Positions 1 through 8,688 of a stretch of DNA of 32,000 bases are shown piece by piece. A program made the position numbers and the translations under genes. The DNA is taken from positions 1,920,001-1,952,000 of the forward strand of contig NZ_CP030918.1 of NCBI RefSeq assembly GCF_003324675.1, given 5' to 3'. The notes under the pieces are model-generated. The model was not told where the DNA came from. It worked only from the letters and a program-made list of their open reading frames with translations, and did not search any database. Every line of letters begins with the position of its first letter. The first letter of the stretch is position 1. The DNA is from Paracoccus suum (GTDB taxonomy: Bacteria; Pseudomonadota; Alphaproteobacteria; Rhodobacterales; Rhodobacteraceae).

Positions 1-22
1 TCACCCCCGAGGAGGATCTGGC

Positions 23-1528
23 ATGAGCAAGGACAGCGCAGGCTTTCCCGACGACGCCTTTGATTTCGACCTGTTCGTCATCGGCGGCGGCTCTGGCGGG
101 GTGCGGGCCGGACGGATCGCCGCAGCCGAACACGGCGCGCGCGTCGCCATGGCCGAGGAATCGCGCATGGGTGGCACCTGCGTCATTCGCGGCTGCGTGC
201 CCAAGAAGCTGATGATCTTTGCCGCATCCGCCCCCGAGGCCGCGGCCGAGGCGCAGGGCTACGGCTGGCGGGGCGCCACCGCGGGACGCTTTGACTGGCC
301 CACCTTCCGCGCGGCGCTGCATACCGAGCTCTCGCGCCTCGAGGCGATCTACGAGAACGGCTTTACCGTGGCGGGCGGCACTCTCTTCAAGCAGCGCGCC
401 ACCGTCCAGGACGCGCACACCGTACGCCTCGCGGACGGCCAGACGGTCAGCGCCAAGCATATCCTGGTCGCGACCGGCGGCCGGCCGGTCCGGCCCGACA
501 TCCCGGGGGCCGAGCTTGGCCTGATCTCGGACGATCTGTTCGAGTTGGAAACCCTGCCGGCGCGGGCGCTGGTCATCGGCGGCGGCTTCATCGGCTGCGA
601 ATTCGCCACGATCCTGAACGGGCTTGGCAGCAAGACGACGCTCGCGCACCGCGGCGATCACCTGCTGCGCGGCTTTGACGAGGACATGCGCGAGCATGTC
701 GATGCGCAGATGGTCGAGATCGGGATTGACCTCCGGCTGGAAACCAAGGTCACCGCGATCAGCGCCGAGGGGGACGCCAGACGCGTCCGCTTTGGCGACG
801 GCAGCGAGGCGGTGTTCGACGCTGTGTTTTTTGCCCTCGGACGCGCGCCCTACACCGGCGGCCTCGGGTTGGCTGAGGTCGGCGTGCACCTCGGCAGCAA
901 GGGTCAGGTCATGGTCGACCGCTGGTCGCAGACGTCGGTGCCCTCGATCTTCGCGGTGGGCGATGTCACCGACCGCGTGAATCTGACGCCGGTCGCGATC
1001 CGCGAGGGGCACGCCTTTGCCGACACCATCTTTGGCGCGCGCGCCCGCAGCGTCGATCACGAGTTGGTCGCCAGCGCCGTCTATACCCGCCCCTTCGAGG
1101 TGGGCACGGTAGGCCTGACCGAGGACGAGGCCGCCGCGCGCGGTCCGGTCGAGGTCTTTGTCGCCGATTTCGCGCCCATGCGTCAGAAATTCGCCGGCCG
1201 TCCGGGCCGCGTCAGCATGAAGCTGATCGTTGACGCCAGCGACGGGGCGGCCGAGGGCAAGGTGCTGGGCTGCCATATCTTTGCCCCCGAGGCAGGCGAG
1301 ATGATCCAGATGGCGGCGATTGCGATGGGGATGGGCGCGACCAAGGCCGATTTCGACCGCACCATGGCCGTTCACCCGACCCTGGCCGAGGAAATCGTGA
1401 CCATGCGCCGCCCCGTGCGCCGCCACGGTCCGGTCGAACTCGACCAGGCAGTGCCAGACGATGAGGCGCCGGATGTGACCTCGGACATTGCGCCCGACGC
1501 TCCTGCGGCACGGGCCGTCGGCGTCTAA
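23..1528 (+). CDS. gor: glutathione-disulfide reductase (class I pyridine nucleotide-disulfide oxidoreductase)
   Basis: 501-aa ORF. FAD-binding GxGxxG (FVIGGGSGGV), redox-active disulfide motif GGTCVIRGCVPKK, second Rossmann motif VIGGGFIGCEF, and dimerisation-domain motif HPTLAEE. GAGGAG Shine-Dalgarno just upstream of ATG 23. About 45 extra C-terminal residues beyond the usual family end. Confidence 0.85.
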   Translation: MSKDSAGFPDDAFDFDLFVIGGGSGGVRAGRIAAAEHGARVAMAEESRMGGTCVIRGCVPKKLMIFAASAPEAAAEAQGYGWRGATAGRFDWPTFRAALHTELSRLEAIYENGFTVAGGTLFKQRATVQDAHTVRLADGQTVSAKHILVATGGRPVRPDIPGAELGLISDDLFELETLPARALVIGGGFIGCEFATILNGLGSKTTLAHRGDHLLRGFDEDMREHVDAQMVEIGIDLRLETKVTAISAEGDARRVRFGDGSEAVFDAVFFALGRAPYTGGLGLAEVGVHLGSKGQVMVDRWSQTSVPSIFAVGDVTDRVNLTPVAIREGHAFADTIFGARARSVDHELVASAVYTRPFEVGTVGLTEDEAAARGPVEVFVADFAPMRQKFAGRPGRVSMKLIVDASDGAAEGKVLGCHIFAPEAGEMIQMAAIAMGMGATKADFDRTMAVHPTLAEEIVTMRRPVRRHGPVELDQAVPDDEAPDVTSDIAPDAPAARAVGV

Positions 1529-1609
1529 CTGCCGGCGTTACCTTGATTTTGCTGGGCTAGGCACCAGATTGACTTAGATTTTTTTTTTACGACGAGAGAG
1601 GCGGGACAC

Positions 1610-3109
1610 ATGGCGGCACAGGGCCCCTGGGGCGGCGGTAGCGGCGGCGGTAAGGATGGCGAGCGCGGCACCGACGGCGGCGACCGGCCGAACGCGGGCG
1701 GCCCGCAACGGCCCAATCGCCCCTGGGGCGTGCCCCCAGCCACCCCGCCCGAGGGCGGCCAGCGCCCGCAACTGCCGCCGCGCCCCGGCAACGGTGGCCC
1801 GCGCCGCCCCGGCCAGCCGCCAGAACTGGATGATCTGGTCCGCAAGGGGCAGGAGCGGCTGCGCGTCCTGATGGGCGGCGCAGGGGGCAATGGCCCGCGC
1901 CGGCCCGGCGGCGGGCGCGGCTTTGGCTTCAACCGCTCCAGCTTCGGGATCTTTGCGCTCGGGGCGGCCGTGGTCTGGGCCTTTGCCTCGTTCTACCAGG
2001 TCACCACGGGCGAAAAATCCGTAGAACTGCTGTTCGGTAAACCCATCGCCATCGGCGAGGAGGGCCTGAACTTTGCCCCTTGGCCGTTCGTCACCAAGGA
2101 AATCGTCAACGTCACAGGCGAGCGCGTAACCGAGATTGGCGCGGGCCGTAACGGCGAGATGGACAGCGGTCTGATGCTGACCCGCGACCAGAACATCGTC
2201 GACCTGCAATACCAAGTCGTCTGGAACATCTCGGATCCGCAGCAGTACCTGTTCAACCTCGCCGATCCCGAAGGCACCATCCGCGCGGTGGCGGAAAGTG
2301 CGATGCGTGACATCGTCGCCCGGACCGAACTGGCGCCGATTCTGAACCGCGACCGGGGCGTGATCGCCAAGGATCTGGAAATCGCCATCCAGCGGACGCT
2401 CGACAGCTACCGCGCGGGGATCAATGTGGCACGGGTCAACCTCGGCCGGGCCGACCCGCCGAACGAGGTGATCGACGCCTTCCGCGACGTGCAGGCAGCC
2501 CAGCAGGAACGCGACCGGTTGGCGAAAGAAGCGGATGCATATGCCAACCGCGTGCTCGCCAATGCCCGCGGCGAGGCAGCGGCCCTGGTCGAGCAGGCGG
2601 AGGGTTATCGTGCCCTCGCGGTCAACGCTGCCGAGGGTGAAGCTGCACGCTTCGAGTCGGTCTACAACGAATATGTCAAGGCGCCCGAGGTGACCCGGCG
2701 GCGCATGTATCTGGAAACGATGGAAAAGGTCCTGGGCGGCGTGAACAAGGTGATCCTCGACGGCGAGGCCACGGGCGGGCAGGGCGTCGTGCCCTATCTG
2801 CCGCTGGACCAGTTGACCCGCGGCCAGCAGCGCCCCGCGGCAAACCGCGCGCCCGCTCAAGCGCCCGCTCAGGCGCCCGCCACCGGCACCGCTACCAGCA
2901 ACGGTGCCACCGCCACCACCACCGGGGGACGAACTGATGCGGCGCATCCTGTCCAATCTTGCACTGCCGCTGGTGATCGTCGTCGCCATCCTGGTGATGA
3001 CCACGATCTATATCGTCGACGTGCGCCAGACCGCCCTGGTCCTGCGCTTTGGCGAGGTCGTCGCGATCCGCACCACGCCCGGCCTCGGGATGAAGCTGCC
3101 GCTGGTTGA
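1610..3109 (+). CDS. hflK: FtsH protease modulator HflK (SPFH/band-7 family); 3' end uncertain
   Basis: 499-aa ORF. Gly/Pro/Arg-rich N-terminus, one TM segment (FGIFALGAAVVWAF), SPFH domain and coiled-coil region (AQQERDRLAKEADAYANRVLANARGEAAALVEQAEGY), followed directly by hflC. The last ~57 codons overlap hflC out of frame and look non-coding (Arg/His/Asp-rich). See findings. Confidence 0.85.
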   Translation: MAAQGPWGGGSGGGKDGERGTDGGDRPNAGGPQRPNRPWGVPPATPPEGGQRPQLPPRPGNGGPRRPGQPPELDDLVRKGQERLRVLMGGAGGNGPRRPGGGRGFGFNRSSFGIFALGAAVVWAFASFYQVTTGEKSVELLFGKPIAIGEEGLNFAPWPFVTKEIVNVTGERVTEIGAGRNGEMDSGLMLTRDQNIVDLQYQVVWNISDPQQYLFNLADPEGTIRAVAESAMRDIVARTELAPILNRDRGVIAKDLEIAIQRTLDSYRAGINVARVNLGRADPPNEVIDAFRDVQAAQQERDRLAKEADAYANRVLANARGEAAALVEQAEGYRALAVNAAEGEAARFESVYNEYVKAPEVTRRRMYLETMEKVLGGVNKVILDGEATGGQGVVPYLPLDQLTRGQQRPAANRAPAQAPAQAPATGTATSNGATATTTGGRTDAAHPVQSCTAAGDRRRHPGDDHDLYRRRAPDRPGPALWRGRRDPHHARPRDEAAAG

Positions 3110-4049
3110 CCGGGTCGTGAAATACGACGCCCGCATCCTCGGCCTGCCGACCGAGCCGATGGAGGTCACGCCGGCCGATGACCGCCGCCTTGTGGTCGAC
3201 GCCTTTGCGCGCTGGCAGATCACCGACGCCGTGCGCTTTCGCCGCGCCGTCGGCGATGGCGGGATCACCTTTGCCGAGCAGCGGCTGAGCGGCATCCTGA
3301 CCAACGCCATCCGCGGGGTCCTGGGCTCGGTCCCCTCGACCAACGTCCTGTCGAACGACCGCACCGCACTGATGAACCAGATCCGCGACGCGGCGAAATC
3401 CGAGGCCGAGGCGCTGGGCATCACGATCATCGACGTGCGCCTGACCCGGACCGACCTGCCGCAGCAGAACCTGGCTGCGACATATGCACGCATGCGGGCC
3501 GAGCGCGAGCGCGAGGCCGCGGACGAACGGGCCCGCGGCGGCGAGGAGGCGCAGCGCGTACGCGCCACGGCCGACCGCACCGTGGTCGAGTTGACCTCGG
3601 ACGCCCGCCGCAAGGCCGAGGTCGTGCGCGGCGAGGCCGATGCCGCCCGCAACGCGATCTACGCGCGCGCCTTTGGCCGCGACCCAGAGTTCTTTGCCTT
3701 CACGCGCAGCATGACCGCCTATGAGCGGGCGCTGAACGCCGAGACCAGTTCGATGGTCATGCAGCCGGATGGCGAATTCTTCAGCTATCTGCGCGGCGAT
3801 CGCGCAAATGGCGCGGCGCCGGTCGCCCTGCCGCCCCCGTCAGGCGAGGCGCCCGCAGTAACGCCGCCGGCAGCCGAGGGGACTCCGGCCGCGGCCGAAC
3901 CGACCGCCGCCACTGAAGCCTCGCCCCCGGCCGCGACGACCCCGGAAACGCCGGCCGGTTCCGGAGCGGCGGCCCCAGTGCCTGCCGCGGAGGCGCCGGT
4001 CGTCGCACCTGCCGATCCGGCCGCCGCAACGCCGGCGCCCGCCAACTGA
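2937..4049 (+). CDS. hflC: FtsH protease modulator HflC (SPFH/band-7 family)
   Basis: Translation from ATG 2937 starts MRRILSNLALPLVIVVAILVM (typical N-terminal TM). It continues into an SPFH domain (VDVRQTALVLRFGEVV...) and coiled coil (MRAEREREAADERARGGEEAQR). GGGGGA SD 7 nt upstream; TGATG-type junction at 2935-2939. Long Pro/Ala/Thr-rich C-terminal tail. Confidence 0.85.
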   Translation: MRRILSNLALPLVIVVAILVMTTIYIVDVRQTALVLRFGEVVAIRTTPGLGMKLPLVDRVVKYDARILGLPTEPMEVTPADDRRLVVDAFARWQITDAVRFRRAVGDGGITFAEQRLSGILTNAIRGVLGSVPSTNVLSNDRTALMNQIRDAAKSEAEALGITIIDVRLTRTDLPQQNLAATYARMRAEREREAADERARGGEEAQRVRATADRTVVELTSDARRKAEVVRGEADAARNAIYARAFGRDPEFFAFTRSMTAYERALNAETSSMVMQPDGEFFSYLRGDRANGAAPVALPPPSGEAPAVTPPAAEGTPAAAEPTAATEASPPAATTPETPAGSGAAAPVPAAEAPVVAPADPAAATPAPAN

Positions 4050-4056
4050 AACCTCA

Positions 4057-4087
4057 ATGGCGCGGGCCACGCCTCGCGCCATCTTTG
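4057..4087 (+). terminator. hairpin after hflC (possible intrinsic terminator, weak U tail)
   Basis: ATGGCGCG (4057-4064) pairs perfectly with CGCGCCAT (4075-4082). There is an inner GGC/GCC pairing, then CTTTG. Confidence 0.45.
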
Positions 4088-4227
4088 CAAGATGAAATAC
4101 AAGTCACGATCAGTTCACTAGCCGAGACCGTGATTTATTTGTCGCGCCTTCCCAGATGGGTTCTTGATCTTGCCGGCAGCGGACGGCCGCCCACCCGGGC
4201 CGCCCGTCCCATGATGGAGTAAGCTAG

Positions 4228-5907
4228 ATGATCCGCAAGAATACCAAACTGTTGCTGACCGGTTCCGGTCTGGCGCTGGCCATGGCCCTGGGGCCAGGCA
4301 TCGCGCAGCAGACCGCCCCCGTCAGCCCCGCCGCGCCGACCGCGCAGGCCGAGGCGCCTGCCACACCCCCGGCCATTCCTGCCGAAGCGCCGGCCAACCA
4401 GCCGGTTGTCGGCACTGCCAACAATAACGCCCCCCTGACCGCGCCCGACAGTTCGGCCAAGCGCGCCCAGGTCATGCCCGACAGCTTTGCCGATCTGGTC
4501 GACAAGGTTAGCCCGGCGGTGGTCAACATCACCACCACTTCGGTCGTCTCGCAGCCGGCCCGCGGCCAAGGCCAAGGGCAGGGCCAAGGTCGCCGCGGTG
4601 GCCCGGTCTTTCCGCCGGGATCGCCCTTTGGCGACATGTTCCGCGACTTCGGCTTTCCCGGCATGCCGCAGGGCCAGGACGGCGGGCAGGGCAACCCCTT
4701 CGGTCAGGGTGGCCCCGACGCCCCGTCGCAGCGCAGCCAGGCCCTCGGCTCGGGCTTTGTGATCTCGGCCGATGGCTTTGTCGTCACCAACAACCACGTC
4801 ATCGAAGATGCCGACAAGATCGAGGTCGAGTTCAAGGACGGCCACAAGCGCGCCGCCAAGGTGATCGGCACGGACCCCAAGACCGACATCGCCCTGCTGA
4901 AGGTCGAAGGCACGGACCTGCCGTTCGTCCAGTTCGGCGATAGCGACAAGGCGCGCGTTGGCGACTGGGTCCTGGCCCTCGGCAACCCGCTGGGGCAGGG
5001 ATTCTCCGCCAGCAGCGGCATCATCTCGGCCCGTAACCGCGAGCTGACCGGCACCTATGACGACTTCCTGCAGACCGACGCCGCGATCAACCGGGGCAAC
5101 TCGGGCGGCCCGCTGTTCAATCTCGACGGCGAGGTCGTGGGCGTGAACACCGCGATCCTGTCGCCGAACGGCGGCAGCATCGGCATCGGCTTTTCGATGG
5201 CCTCGAACGTCGTTGCCAAGGTGGTCAAGCAGCTTGAACAGTTCGGCGAGACGCGCCGCGGCTGGCTGGGCGTCAAGATCCAGGACGTGACGCCGGAAAT
5301 GGCCGACGCGCTGGGCCTCAAGGAGGGGCAGGGCGCGATGATCACCGACGTGCCCGGCGGACCCGCGGCCGAGGCGGGGATGAAGGCCGGCGACGTGGTC
5401 GTCAGCTTTGCCGGCGGTCCGGTCAAGGACAGCCGCGATCTGGTGCGCCGCGTGGCCGACGCTCCGATCGGCGAGGCAGTGCCGATGACCGTCATGCGCC
5501 AGGGTCAGTCCGTCGATCTGAAGGTCACGCTGGGCCGGCGCGAGCTGGCCGAAGGCGGCGAGACGGGTAGCCAGACCGCCAAGGACAGCGCCGCTTCGCA
5601 GACCGCGAGCGATGCCATGGGCCTGACGCTGGCCGAGCTGACGCCCGAGCTGGCGGCGCAGATCGGCGCGCCGAGCGGCACCCAGGGTCTCGTCGTGCGC
5701 AGCGTCGATCCCGAGGGTCCGGCGGCCGACAAGGGCATCGCCAGCGGTGACGTCATCACCGAGATCGGCCAGAAGCCGGTCGCGACGCTCGGTGATCTGG
5801 ATGCGCAGGTCAAGGCGGCGCGCGATGCCGGCCGCAAGTCGATCCTGCTGCTGATCCGCCGCGGGGGTGACCCGCTGTACGTGGCGCTGCCGATCGACCG
5901 CAGCTGA
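4228..5907 (+). CDS. degP: periplasmic serine endoprotease, DegP/DegQ (Do/HtrA) family, two PDZ domains
   Basis: 559-aa ORF. Signal peptide (LLLTGSGLALAMALGPGIAQ), catalytic-triad contexts (VTNNHVIEDA, DIALLKV, GNSGGPLFN), and two PDZ-like regions (GWLGVKIQDV...; GLVVRSVDPEGPAADKGIASGDVI). The hflKC-degP neighbourhood is a classic arrangement. Confidence 0.9.
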   Translation: MIRKNTKLLLTGSGLALAMALGPGIAQQTAPVSPAAPTAQAEAPATPPAIPAEAPANQPVVGTANNNAPLTAPDSSAKRAQVMPDSFADLVDKVSPAVVNITTTSVVSQPARGQGQGQGQGRRGGPVFPPGSPFGDMFRDFGFPGMPQGQDGGQGNPFGQGGPDAPSQRSQALGSGFVISADGFVVTNNHVIEDADKIEVEFKDGHKRAAKVIGTDPKTDIALLKVEGTDLPFVQFGDSDKARVGDWVLALGNPLGQGFSASSGIISARNRELTGTYDDFLQTDAAINRGNSGGPLFNLDGEVVGVNTAILSPNGGSIGIGFSMASNVVAKVVKQLEQFGETRRGWLGVKIQDVTPEMADALGLKEGQGAMITDVPGGPAAEAGMKAGDVVVSFAGGPVKDSRDLVRRVADAPIGEAVPMTVMRQGQSVDLKVTLGRRELAEGGETGSQTAKDSAASQTASDAMGLTLAELTPELAAQIGAPSGTQGLVVRSVDPEGPAADKGIASGDVITEIGQKPVATLGDLDAQVKAARDAGRKSILLLIRRGGDPLYVALPIDRS

Positions 5908-5926
5908 GGTTTTGCGCCTGATCTGA

Positions 5927-6355
<429 letters not shown>

Positions 6356-6385
6356 AATCAGGTTGGGCCGGTCTGACGACGGGGC

Positions 6386-6880
6386 TCACAGCAGCCGGTC
6401 GGTCTTGCCGCCGTCCAGAAATGCCAGGTTCTGGCCGCTGAACGCCGCCACCAACTGGCCGGCGCGATAGATCTGGCCCGCGCCGATCTGATAGCCGCCC
6501 TCGCCCAGCAGCACCAATTCGCCCCGCACCTCCAGGGCGCCATGCTCGCGGCCAAAGCCCCAGCCGAGGCGCAGCGCGGGCAGGTGCCCCTCGGGGACGC
6601 TGCGGGCATTGGCGATCCGGCACATGGATTCAGCCTCGCTCATCAGCGCCAGCACCAAGGCGCGGTCGTCCGGCGCGCCGGCTGCCGCGCGCTGTGGCGG
6701 CTCTGGTGTGGCTTCGGCCAGCCGTTCCTCTCGCGCGGCGCTGGCCGCGGTAAAGGCGGCGACCGGCTGGACGGGGGGCATCGCGGCAGGGCCGGCGAGG
6801 GCCTCGCGGCCGATGCCGGGCGTCGCGGTCGCGGGCAGACCTGGGGCGGGGCTCGCCGGGCGGATCGGGCCGCTGATCAT
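6386..6880 (-). CDS. hypothetical protein (Pro/Ala-rich N-terminal half, ~90-aa C-terminal globular region)
   Basis: Very strong G/C bias at codon position 3 in this frame. ATG at 6880 is preceded by AGGGAGGG SD. I recognise no family. The upstream 43 codons of the 207-aa ORF were rejected (no SD). Confidence 0.55.
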   Translation of the reverse strand: MISGPIRPASPAPGLPATATPGIGREALAGPAAMPPVQPVAAFTAASAAREERLAEATPEPPQRAAAGAPDDRALVLALMSEAESMCRIANARSVPEGHLPALRLGWGFGREHGALEVRGELVLLGEGGYQIGAGQIYRAGQLVAAFSGQNLAFLDGGKTDRLL

Positions 6881-7007
6881 CGCTCGCCCTCCCTGCGGCG
6901 CGCAAAGTGCATCTGATTGACGAATGGTGGCCCCTGGCCCTAAGCGCGTCGAGCCCATGGCGTGCATTTGATCTATTTCCCTCAGCGCGCAGCCGCGAAG
7001 GTAACGC

Positions 7008-7883
7008 ATGACCCCGATCCTGTGCCGCTCTGCCCTTTATGTCCCGGCCTCGAACCCGCGCGCGTTGGACAAGGCATGCGGGTTGCCGGCCGACGCGATC
7101 ATCCTGGACCTCGAGGATGCGGTTGCCCCATCGCAAAAGGTTGCCGCGCGGGCGAACCTGCGGGATGTGCTGGCCGCGGACTTCGGCGGCCGGCCGCGGA
7201 TCGTGCGCATCAACGCGCTGGCCGGACCCTGGGGCGCCGATGATCTGGCCGCGGCGACAGGGGCCGACGCGGTGCTGGTCCCCAAGGTCGGCGGGGCCGC
7301 GGACTCGGCAGCGGTGGCCGAACGGGCGGCGGGTGTCCCGCTGTGGGCGATGATCGAGACCGCCGCCGGTGTGCTGAACGCTGGCGCCATTGCCGCGCAT
7401 CCAGCGGTCGCGGCGCTGGTCATGGGCACCAATGACCTAGCCGCTGACCTGCGCCTGCCGGCCGAGGCGGGGCGGGCACCGCTCGCGACCGCGCTAAGCA
7501 TGTCCGTGCTGGCGGCGCGGGCACATGGCCGGCTGATCCTCGACGGCGTGTTTCCCGATCTGCGAGATCCGGCAGGGCTCGAGGACGAATGTGCCGCCGG
7601 GCGCCAACTCGGCTTTGACGGCAAGACCGTGATCCACCCGAACCAGATCGCTGCCGCCAACGCCGCATTCGCGCCGACCGAAGCCGAGATTGAGCTGGCC
7701 CGCCGCCAGATCGACGCCTTTGACAGTGCCGCGGCCGAGGGGCGCGGCGTGGCTGTCCTCGGCGGCCGCATCGTCGAGAACCTGCATGCCGCGATGGCGC
7801 GCCGCACCCTTGCGCAGGCCGAAGCCATTGCGGCCCGGCGCCAGCCGGCGCAGATTACCGCGCAGGAACAACCGCCAGCTTAA
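7008..7883 (+). CDS. CitE-like HpcH/HpaI family protein (citrate lyase beta subunit-like; possibly a malyl-CoA lyase/thioesterase type enzyme)
   Basis: 291 aa. N-terminal RSALYVPASNPRALDKA...DAIILDLEDAV is the CitE family signature region. Also MIETAAGV and GFDGKTVIHPNQI motifs. Confidence 0.8.
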   Translation: MTPILCRSALYVPASNPRALDKACGLPADAIILDLEDAVAPSQKVAARANLRDVLAADFGGRPRIVRINALAGPWGADDLAAATGADAVLVPKVGGAADSAAVAERAAGVPLWAMIETAAGVLNAGAIAAHPAVAALVMGTNDLAADLRLPAEAGRAPLATALSMSVLAARAHGRLILDGVFPDLRDPAGLEDECAAGRQLGFDGKTVIHPNQIAAANAAFAPTEAEIELARRQIDAFDSAAAEGRGVAVLGGRIVENLHAAMARRTLAQAEAIAARRQPAQITAQEQPPA

Positions 7884-7900
7884 CAGAGAGAGCCAGCCCG

Positions 7901-8455
7901 ATGGGAATGATCATCCTGATTGCCGGCGTTGCCCTGTGGTGGGCCGCGCATCTGTGGAAACGCGTCGCGCCGGACAGCCGCATCGGATTTGGTGAGGGTG
8001 GCAAGGGTATCGTCACCGGCGCGCTGGTCGTCTCGATCCTGCTGATGATCTGGGGCTATCGTACGGCGGACGGCCCGGTGTGGTGGAGACCCACCGCCGC
8101 CACGCGGGGAATCAACAACCTGCTGGTGCTGATCGCGATCTATCTGTTCGCCGCCAGCGGCATGAAAACCCGCGTCGGCCGCGCGCTGCGCCATCCGCAA
8201 CTGCTCGGCTTCTCGCTTTGGGCCGTCGCGCATCTACTGGTAAACGGCGATCTGCCCTCGTTCGTGCTGTTCGGCGGCCTGCTGGTCTGGGCGCTGGTCG
8301 AGATGGCGATGATCAGCCGCACGCCCTGGACCCCGCCCGCAACCGCCGCAGTGCCGGCGCGCAAGGAAATCATGGCCGCCGTCGGCGCGGTCCTCGTGTT
8401 CATTGTCCTGGGCCTGATCCACGGATGGGTCGGCCCCAACCCCTTTGGAGCGTAA
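7901..8455 (+). CDS. NnrU-family integral membrane protein
   Basis: 184 aa with multiple TM segments. The start (IILIAGVALWWAAHLWKRVAP) and the motif HPQLLGFSLWAVAHLLVNGDL...VLFGGLL match my recollection of the NnrU family. Confidence 0.65.
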   Translation: MGMIILIAGVALWWAAHLWKRVAPDSRIGFGEGGKGIVTGALVVSILLMIWGYRTADGPVWWRPTAATRGINNLLVLIAIYLFAASGMKTRVGRALRHPQLLGFSLWAVAHLLVNGDLPSFVLFGGLLVWALVEMAMISRTPWTPPATAAVPARKEIMAAVGAVLVFIVLGLIHGWVGPNPFGA

Positions 8456-8458
8456 TTC

Positions 8459-8665
8459 ATGACCACCCTCTACCGCCTGCTGACCGAAGACGACACCGCC
8501 GCGTTCTGCCACAAGATTAGCGACGCGCTCGCCAAGGGCTGGGCGCTGCATGGTTCGCCCACGATGTCGTTCGATGCCGCGCGCGGCGTGATGCGTTGCG
8601 GACAGGCCATGACCAAGGATGTCGCCGTGGACTACACGCCCGACCTGAAACTCGGCGCGCAGTAG
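8459..8665 (+). CDS. DUF1737-like small protein
   Basis: 68 aa. YRLLTEDDTAAFCHKISDALAKGWALHGSPT...RCGQAM resembles the DUF1737 pattern as I recall it. Starts 3 nt after the nnrU-like stop. Confidence 0.55.
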   Translation: MTTLYRLLTEDDTAAFCHKISDALAKGWALHGSPTMSFDAARGVMRCGQAMTKDVAVDYTPDLKLGAQ

Positions 8666-8688
8666 ACTCGCGCAACCGGGCAGAGCGG

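Noticed and set aside
2904-2936. GTG 2904 as the hflC start, giving a poly-Pro N-terminus (MPPPPPPGDEL)
   Set aside because: ATG 2937 has a properly spaced SD and a TGATG junction. It yields the canonical short cytoplasmic N-terminus plus TM of HflC.
1574-3004. 476-aa ORF antisense to hflK
   Set aside because: It is a mirror frame of a well-supported conserved gene. The composition is Arg/Gly/Ala/Pro-rich with no recognisable motifs. Long stop-free antisense frames are expected in GC-rich DNA.
4555-4600. GGCCAAGG-type tandem repeat (encodes GQGQGQGQG) as a possible repeat element
   Set aside because: It lies in frame inside the degP linker region. It is low-complexity coding sequence, not an intergenic repeat or array.
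6630-7400. 256-aa minus-strand ORF overlapping the orphan gene and the citE-like gene
   Set aside because: It is out of frame with the better-supported 6386-6880 gene and antisense to the citE-like gene. Extremely Arg-rich.
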